Of a DNA stretch of 32,622 nt, positions 18,131 to 24,155 are shown piece after piece. A model generated the notes under the pieces. The model had not been told where the DNA came from. It saw only the letters and a program-made list of their open reading frames with translations, and ran no database searches. The position numbers were made by a program, and so were the translations under genes. The first letter of the stretch is position 1. Each line of letters starts with the position of its first letter. The stretch comes from Ktedonobacterales bacterium (GTDB taxonomy: Bacteria > Chloroflexota > Ktedonobacteria > Ktedonobacterales > JADMIN01). The DNA lies in contig DATAOM010000355.1 of the NCBI GenBank assembly GCA_036265775.1, positions 1-32,622 of the forward strand, read 5' to 3'.

Positions 18131-18280
18131 ATGGCAAGGCGCGTTCATCTTCGGGCCGATTTGAGCGTCGACGAGATGGAGCGACGCTAGCGGGCGGCCA
18201 AAGAGCCGCATGAACGCAGTTGGTGGCAGGTCCTGTGGCTGCTCCCATGTGGACGGCCTGGTTGCTATGATGAGCCATGA
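18131..18280 (+). pseudogene. Relic of a transposase N-terminus (IS630/DDE_3-like HTH region), with an in-frame stop and truncated
   Basis: From ATG 18131 the frame reads MARRVHLRADLSVDEMERR*RAAKEPHERSWWQVLWLL, then degenerates. The pattern (V)HLR.(D/H)LS..E.ERRYR.A.(D/E)P.ERS.WQ(I/V)LWLL is one I recall from the N-termini of a transposase family common in Chloroflexi. TAG 18188-18190 replaces the expected Tyr. No transposase body follows. Confidence 0.45.
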
Positions 18281-18348
18281 CAGACGTGAGAGACAGCATT
18301 GCGTCTCACCTATGGTGTACATCCTCTCGATGTGGGTATCATCTCGCC

Positions 18349-18885
18349 ATGGGCAGAAGAAATTATCTGATTGACGGCGTGTCCGGCGCTGGCAAAACGG
18401 CGGTCTGTACCGAATTGCAGCGGCGCGGCTACCAGGCCATTCATGGTGACCGTGAATTGGCGTATCAAGGCGATCCAGCCACGGGTCAACCGACGGATGG
18501 CCTTACGCACGAGTACTCAGCGACCTTCATTTCCGAGCACCACATTTGGGATGTCGAGAAAGTCAAAGCCATCGCCGCCAACCAGGAGGAGGCGGTCACC
18601 TTCTTCTGCGGTGGGTCGAAGAATTCCTCCAAATACATCGACTTATTTGACGGCGTGTTTGTCCTTGCGGTCGATCTGGACACCAGTCTCCGGCGGATTG
18701 ATGAGCGAGTGGCGCTGGACCCCACTGATTGGGGCGGAACACCAGAGGAGCGGGAAATCACTGTGCGCATGTATCACACGAAAGCAGCCCTTCCCAAGAA
18801 CGGCATCCTCATCGACGCCACGGCGCCGCTCGCGCACGTCGTGGACGAGATCCTCCGTCAATGCGACGCAAATACATCACTCTAG
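18349..18885 (+). CDS. P-loop NTPase (AAA/nucleoside-kinase-like), function unknown
   Basis: Walker A motif DGVSGAGKT lies directly after the start MGRRNYLI. About 178 aa. I prefer ATG 18349 because the track's longer N-terminus (from 18277) runs across the transposase relic. Confidence 0.7.
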   Translation: MGRRNYLIDGVSGAGKTAVCTELQRRGYQAIHGDRELAYQGDPATGQPTDGLTHEYSATFISEHHIWDVEKVKAIAANQEEAVTFFCGGSKNSSKYIDLFDGVFVLAVDLDTSLRRIDERVALDPTDWGGTPEEREITVRMYHTKAALPKNGILIDATAPLAHVVDEILRQCDANTSL

Positions 18886-19013
18886 GGCGTTCTGCACGAG
18901 GCGGCCTTTCTACAACCTCCCAGACGAGACCCATATCAGCCAGCAGCGACGATAGGAGCGTGATTGAACGCCTGTTACCGCTCATATGACGCAAAGGCGC
19001 ACCTCGCGTGGCG

Positions 19014-20435
19014 CTATTCGAACCGCGATTCTTGCTGACGCTGGCGCTCTACTTCTTCAGGATCCTGCGGCCACGGCACACCGTTGGGTTTCAACCAGGG
19101 CCACCAGGCCACGAGCAGCCCGAATGCGATGGCGCCCATCCATGCGCCCAGGCCGAATGTGGCCGTTGGGCCAATCTGTGTCCAGAGCAGGGCGGCCAGG
19201 AGATTGGCTGGCAGCGCGATAAAACCAGTCAGGCCGTTGTACCAGCCGAGCGCGGTCCCACGGCGTGATTTGGGAACGAGATCAGAGACGAAGGCTTTCG
19301 CCACCCCTTCGGTGGCCGCATAGTAGGCCCCGTAGAGGAGAAACAGCCCCCAGATGTGCCATTGCGTCGTCGCGCGTGTCCAGCCCAGATAGACAAGGGT
19401 GAATGCGGCGAAGCCCACAGCCAGTATGGGCAGGCGGCCGAAGCGATCGGAAAGCGCGCCAAGCGGCGTCGCCAGCACGGCATAGACCAGGTTGAAGCCA
19501 AAATAGACGAGCGGGACCGCGATCAGGGAGGCCTCCAGCCCCTCGGTGCGTAAGAAGAGGAACGCGTCTGAAGAGTTGCCAATCGCAAAGATGGTCGCGA
19601 CGACAGCGAAGAGCCAGAACCGCGCGCCCAATCCCTGCCACGCGCGTGGACGCGGCTCTGCGGATACTGGAGCCTGCTGCGCATCGCTGCGCGCGGCTGG
19701 AGATGAGGGGCGTGGGCTGGCGAGCCGCCGTGGGTCGCGCAGGAAAAGCACGGCAAAGATGATCGACAGCGCGCCGGGGATCAGCGTCCAGGCGAAGACA
19801 GCGCGGAGGTTGCCCGCCGTAGCGGCAAGAATGGCGACGGCAAGCAGCGGTCCGATGGCGGCTCCCAGGGTGTCGGCGCTGCGATGGAACCCGAACGCCT
19901 TGCCACGCTGATCCGGCTGGACGGAGTCGGCGATCATCGCGTCTCGTGGGCTGCCACGCACCGACTTGCCTGCGCGGTCGAGCAAGACAAGACCGAGCGC
20001 GAGCTGCCAGGTGCTGATCCATGCCAGCAAGGGCTTGGCCAGATTTGAGACGCTGTAGCCACCGATGACCAGCCAGCGACGGTTGCTGATGCGGTCGGCG
20101 ACCGTCCCCGAGATGACCTTGAGGATGCTCGTGGCGCCCTCCGCCACTCCCTCGACCAGGCTGGCCAGTATGAGCGGCGTGCCGAGGACCTGGACGAGGA
20201 AAAGCAGCCGCAACGGCATAATCATCTCGCTGGAGATGTCGGTCAGCAGCGACACGACGCCAAGTACCAGAACGGTGCGACTGATACCACGCAGCCAGCG
20301 GCGCGGTCCGCTCCCCCTGGTCTGGGACTCGCCTGGCTCGGCCGTCGTTGCCTCCTGTTCGGCGTCGGACGGATGCTGAAGCGCGTCCTGGGGCGCCGTG
20401 AGACCGGTCGAAGGCCCTTCCTCAGTCGGCTTCAT
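19014..20435 (-). CDS. MFS transporter
   Basis: About 12 hydrophobic segments. Typical MFS loop motifs (GTVADRISNRRWL; LSDRFGR). About 55-aa hydrophilic N-terminus. ATG 20435 overlaps the 3' end of the upstream gene by 14 nt. Confidence 0.88.
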   Translation of the reverse strand: MKPTEEGPSTGLTAPQDALQHPSDAEQEATTAEPGESQTRGSGPRRWLRGISRTVLVLGVVSLLTDISSEMIMPLRLLFLVQVLGTPLILASLVEGVAEGATSILKVISGTVADRISNRRWLVIGGYSVSNLAKPLLAWISTWQLALGLVLLDRAGKSVRGSPRDAMIADSVQPDQRGKAFGFHRSADTLGAAIGPLLAVAILAATAGNLRAVFAWTLIPGALSIIFAVLFLRDPRRLASPRPSSPAARSDAQQAPVSAEPRPRAWQGLGARFWLFAVVATIFAIGNSSDAFLFLRTEGLEASLIAVPLVYFGFNLVYAVLATPLGALSDRFGRLPILAVGFAAFTLVYLGWTRATTQWHIWGLFLLYGAYYAATEGVAKAFVSDLVPKSRRGTALGWYNGLTGFIALPANLLAALLWTQIGPTATFGLGAWMGAIAFGLLVAWWPWLKPNGVPWPQDPEEVERQRQQESRFE

Positions 20436-21855
20436 CGTCCTCTATGCTCCAATACAGCGCGTCAATATGACCTGAGGCGCTGAAACGCTGGATCACGCGA
20501 TGGCCAACGTCCGCCACATAGATACGCCCATCAGCGTCCTGCGCGAGGCCGCCGAGCTGCCCAAGCTGGCCGGGTAGATCACTGCTGGTCTGCGACTGTC
20601 CACTCACGGCGCCATATGCGCCGCAGACGCTCCCGTCTAGGCAGCGGACCTCCACACGGAGGCTAGTGTTGTTCGCCATGAGCACGCGCCCAGACGGCTG
20701 AACGAGAAGCGCTTGATAGCCACTGTTCGGGCCAACAAAGTTGGTGGGAAGCGCCCAGTTTGTTGTCGCGCCGCTTCGCGTATCCAGCCGGTACACATGC
20801 CCCTTGGTCAGCGCAAGGACCGCTGCGCCGTCAGTAGTAGCGGCGATACCGGCCGTCAGGGGCTCTGGCACGGTCCACCGATTCAGCAGCTTTCCCTCTG
20901 CATTGTAAGAGGAAATCGCGCCGCGCCGGTCGGCGAGAAAGACGTTTGCTCCGCCGGTCGCCACACAGCCAATGGATGGGAAATAGTCAACGGGGATCGA
21001 CCAGCGCGCCAGCAGACGCCCATCCGAGGCAAATTGGAGCATCAGGTGATTGAGCGTATCCGGGACGAAGAGATGATCTGATGAGTCGAGCGCGATGCCG
21101 CAGAAATGAAACTCCAACCCTGTCGGCGGCTGATTCCGCGCGACGATGGCGCTCGCCTGACTCAGATTAGCAGGGATGCCGAGCCGCTCAGGGTCGGAGG
21201 CTGAACCAGGTGGGCTGAAGCCAGGTCCGGGCGGCCCCTGCCAACTGGCAAGCGCTGGCCAGAGCTTTGCGCGCAAAGACCCATCTGAGCCGAACACACG
21301 AATGGCCCATCCCTCGAGATCAGTGGCGTAGAGCGCGCCCTGACGGTCAACGGCGAGGTAGCCAGGCTGGAAGTTGATGGCGCGCGGGGGATTTACCCAA
21401 CCCACGAAACTCAGCAGGAGGACGGTAGGGACAAGTACGGCGGGCATAGTGCGTAACTGCCATCCACGTGGCAGGCAGCACGCGCACCAGACCGCCGCCG
21501 CGAAGACGACGAAGGCGCCACGCTGGCACCACACCACAGTAGGAGATTGCGTGAGCGATACGGGAGGGGATGATGTGAGCAGTTCGGGAGGAAATCGCGT
21601 GAGCGCGACGGGCTGGCTCAATGCGCACCAGAGAATCGTACCCCAGACCAGGATTCCGCCCGCGCAGCGCAGCGCCACACGCGCGACATGCTCGCCAGGC
21701 ACGAGCATGAGGAGCGTCCCCGCCGTCACCAATCCAAGCCCGACCGCCAAATATGGCTCGAAGGCGATTTGTGGCGGTAAGAGCACACACACGATCGCGG
21801 CGGCGACGCCTGCGATCAGCGGCCATACGCTGCGCCGCAAGACAGACCAACCCAT
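20422..21855 (-). CDS. Membrane-anchored NHL-repeat beta-propeller protein
   Basis: The N-terminal about 170 aa hold 4-5 TM segments rich in Cys/Trp (VVWCQRG..AVWCACCLPRGW). About six NHL-like blades follow (GALYATDLEGWAIRVFGSDG; HLFVPDTLNHLMLQFASDGRL; RIYVADVGHRVIQRFSASG). I prefer ATG 21855; the track's GTG 21897 lies inside the predicted IS right end. Confidence 0.8.
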   Translation of the reverse strand: MGWSVLRRSVWPLIAGVAAAIVCVLLPPQIAFEPYLAVGLGLVTAGTLLMLVPGEHVARVALRCAGGILVWGTILWCALSQPVALTRFPPELLTSSPPVSLTQSPTVVWCQRGAFVVFAAAVWCACCLPRGWQLRTMPAVLVPTVLLLSFVGWVNPPRAINFQPGYLAVDRQGALYATDLEGWAIRVFGSDGSLRAKLWPALASWQGPPGPGFSPPGSASDPERLGIPANLSQASAIVARNQPPTGLEFHFCGIALDSSDHLFVPDTLNHLMLQFASDGRLLARWSIPVDYFPSIGCVATGGANVFLADRRGAISSYNAEGKLLNRWTVPEPLTAGIAATTDGAAVLALTKGHVYRLDTRSGATTNWALPTNFVGPNSGYQALLVQPSGRVLMANNTSLRVEVRCLDGSVCGAYGAVSGQSQTSSDLPGQLGQLGGLAQDADGRIYVADVGHRVIQRFSASGHIDALYWSIEDDEAD

Positions 21856-21870
21856 CGCGCAGCCTTTGTC

Positions 21871-22040
21871 TGGAAGAACGGTATGGTTGTTTGACACTCC
21901 ACGGGGGCTAAAGTCCCATGGATTCTCGGTTCTCCGACGCGGCTAGCGCCACGCCTCCCCGAAGGCTCTGACCGAGCCACTCTATATTCCTGGCGGCGTT
22001 CTGGTCCCGATGGAGGCTCGTTCCGCACTCCGGACAAGCA
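21871..22040 (-). ncRNA. Predicted omega (right-end) RNA of the TnpB element, with a guide derived from flanking DNA; boundaries approximate
   Basis: By analogy with characterised TnpB systems, the guide RNA overlaps the tnpB 3' end and the right end. Here a terminal hairpin CCAUGGG-ACUUUAGCC-CCCGUGG (21899-21921) contains the tnpB stop codon in its loop. It is followed by AGUGUCAA and then flanking sequence ACAACCAUACCGUUCUUCCA (21871-21890). The 5' boundary is a guess. Confidence 0.3.
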
Positions 22041-23146
22041 TGCCAACGGACAGAGAGACCCTTCTGGACCAGCACGCCACAGCCAGAACACGTCTGGCTC
22101 GTGAACGCAGGATTGACCGCTATGACTCGCCTACCGGCGCATGCTGCCTTGTAGGTGAGGGTGCTCAGGAACGCTGCCCACCCTGCATCCTGGATGCTCT
22201 TGGCGAGATGGTGGTTCCTGACCATATTGGCGACCTGCAAGTCCTCGTGATAAATCGTGTCGTTGGCTCTGACCAGTGCCAGCGCCGTCTTATGATGGAA
22301 GTCTTGCCGCTGGCGCCGCACCTTCTGGTGCGCCTTCGCCAACAGTGTGACCGCCTTGCGGCGTCGGTGGCTGCCACGCTGGCGCCGACTCACTCTGCGT
22401 TGGGCAGTCTTGAGCGCGCGTTCCGCTTTGCGATACCAACCGGGGGAGAAGATGCGCGTGCCGTCGGAGAGCGTGGCGAAGGCTTCCAGGCCAAGATCTA
22501 TGCCGGTTTCCTGTCCAGTGGGCGGCAAGGGCTGTACGGGCACATAGGCGCAGGAGAAGCAGACGTACCAACCGTCTGCCTCCTTGCTGATCGTGACCGT
22601 CTTGGGCGTCCCCTCCAAGGGGCGAGACCAGCGCACTGCAATCCGCCCGATCTTTGACAGCACAAGGAAGCCGTTATCCAGTGTCGCGCCGTTGCCATAT
22701 TCTATGTATGTGAACGAATGCCAGCGAGTACGCGCCTGATAGCGGGGAAAGCCTGCTTTCTCGCCTGCTTTCACCCGGCGAAAGAACGCTTGATACGTCT
22801 TGTCCAGCCGCGCCAGCACATCTTGCAAGATGTGGCTATGGATGGCGGCGTACTCAGGAAAAGCGGCACGAATATCCTTGAGTTCTGCTGCTTGTTGATA
22901 ACGCGAAAGCGAAATCCGGCAACGCTGCCAAGCCGTGATACGTTGCTCTAGCGCCGTGTTGTAGAGCCAGCGGCACAAGCCAAGGGTACGCCCCAACGCC
23001 CGCTCCTGCGTGGGAGTGGACATGAGCTTGTGCTTGAATGTCTTGCGTACCGTTGACTGCTCCATACATCTCTATTCTGTCTGATTGGCGCAAAAATGGT
23101 AATAGCGCGGAATGGTGGCTAAAGCCACACACGCCTGACCGCGCGG
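21891..23146 (-). mobile_element. IS200/IS605-family element carrying only tnpB (IS1341-like); ends predicted from matched subterminal hairpins
   Basis: Left-end hairpin GTGGC-TTTA-GCCAC (23115-23128) and right-end hairpin GGGAC-TTTA-GCCCC (21904-21917) share the loop and closing pair. TTCAAC (23147-23152) lies 18 nt outside the left hairpin. TCAA (21891-21894) lies 9 nt beyond the right hairpin. This spacing resembles what I recall for IS608. Exact ends are inferred. Confidence 0.55.
21908..23065 (-). CDS. tnpB: TnpB (RNA-guided RuvC endonuclease; IS200/IS605 OrfB)
   Basis: N-terminal KTFKHKL.PT..Q...L signature. RuvC triad intact: GIDLG (D190), IYHEDL (E274), HRDQNAARNI (D354). Zinc finger CSGCG...CPECG (C326, C329, C344, C347). 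385 aa. Confidence 0.93.
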   Translation of the reverse strand: MEQSTVRKTFKHKLMSTPTQERALGRTLGLCRWLYNTALEQRITAWQRCRISLSRYQQAAELKDIRAAFPEYAAIHSHILQDVLARLDKTYQAFFRRVKAGEKAGFPRYQARTRWHSFTYIEYGNGATLDNGFLVLSKIGRIAVRWSRPLEGTPKTVTISKEADGWYVCFSCAYVPVQPLPPTGQETGIDLGLEAFATLSDGTRIFSPGWYRKAERALKTAQRRVSRRQRGSHRRRKAVTLLAKAHQKVRRQRQDFHHKTALALVRANDTIYHEDLQVANMVRNHHLAKSIQDAGWAAFLSTLTYKAACAGRRVIAVNPAFTSQTCSGCGVLVQKGLSVRWHACPECGTSLHRDQNAARNIEWLGQSLRGGVALAASENRESMGL

Positions 23147-23357
23147 GTTGAACCCCGGCGGTTTGCGGTGGGCTAATGCCCGTCTCTATCAGAAGGCCAT
23201 GGCGCTGACCTCGGCGCGTAGCGTTCTAGGGTGTGAAACGTGTGGTGTGGGGCAGAGTCACTCGGCAAGCCATGCGCTGGTCCTGGTGCCATCAGATGGA
23301 TGGTATTGGGATGGACGCCGGTTCGCCATGGTTCGCTACAATGAGCTAACCCTGAGA

Positions 23358-23903
23358 TCAGCCTATCGTGAACTCTGCCGAATAGACCGGCGCGCCGGTG
23401 GCGCTAGCAGCAGCTCCGGTCCCATTGGGCGTATACGTCAGCATTACACGATATGTGCCCGCTGGCCAGCCAGCGCCGTTGTCCATCTCATGGGCGTATT
23501 CGATGCGCTGCACGAACGCGCTTCCAGCGGAAATGACCACCGACTTCCTGCCTGCTGGGGCGGGCGCGCACTGGCTGACGCTCTGCCAGGAGTTCTGCAC
23601 CAGACGCTCGACTTCGATCGAGACGCATCCAGTTCCGCCGTCTGTCAGCGCAATGTCGGTCTGCAATCCGTTGTGAATCGTCACCAGCAGCGGTTCCTCG
23701 GCGCCGTACTGCTGTTTGGCAAGGGATAGGGTCACCTTGCCTGACGTTGTCTGCGACCCCGCGCCTGCCTGGGCCGTCTGGGTAGAAGCTCCCTGCGCGT
23801 CAGCGGCGCCGCTTGGGCTACTAACTTGGCCACAACCAACAACAAATAGCGCAAGCAGCAAGGACGCCGCCAGCGCCAACGGACGCATGATCGTATTTCG
23901 CAC
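23358..23903 (-). CDS. Secreted lipoprotein, function unknown
   Basis: AAGGAGG lies 7 nt upstream of GTG 23903. Signal peptide with lipobox: MRPLALAASLLLALFVVGC-G. A low-complexity linker precedes an about 120-aa beta-rich domain with two Cys. Confidence 0.75.
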   Translation of the reverse strand: MRNTIMRPLALAASLLLALFVVGCGQVSSPSGAADAQGASTQTAQAGAGSQTTSGKVTLSLAKQQYGAEEPLLVTIHNGLQTDIALTDGGTGCVSIEVERLVQNSWQSVSQCAPAPAGRKSVVISAGSAFVQRIEYAHEMDNGAGWPAGTYRVMLTYTPNGTGAAASATGAPVYSAEFTIG

Positions 23904-24069
23904 TGAGCTACCTCCTTTACTGAATCTTACTACTATTGACGCCGCATTATGCGCGTAGGTTCCATAGGCGACCGGTGGTTCGCGGCGAACACCGCCGAGG
24001 CTCTATTGCCGCATGATACGCGGTCGCACAACCTGAGACAACCACCAAGAGCGCGTCTCACACATGGTC

Positions 24070-24101
24070 GAGGGCCGGCTCCCAGATAGGAACCGGCCCT
24101 C
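24070..24101 (-). terminator. GC-rich stem-loop downstream of the BNR-repeat gene
   Basis: GAGGGCCGG (24070-24078) / CCGGCCCTC (24093-24101): perfect 9-bp stem, 14-nt loop, about 55 nt after stop 24156. A second 7-bp hairpin sits at 24118-24139. No U-tract. Confidence 0.35.
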
Positions 24102-24155
24102 GCATTCACCCGACCGATTGAGTCAGCCTATCGACTCAACCGATCAGAACGTACG

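Noticed and set aside
19282-20022. 246-aa minus-strand ORF and plus-strand ORFs overlapping the MFS gene
   Set aside because: They are out of frame with, or antisense to, a well-supported 12-TM MFS reading frame, and their composition is Arg/Pro-rich.
23148-23729. 193-aa plus-strand ORF between tnpB and beyond; considered as a possible tnpA or cargo gene
   Set aside because: It is mostly antisense to the lipoprotein gene and has no HUH/Y1 transposase motifs and no SD. The element is therefore called tnpB-only.
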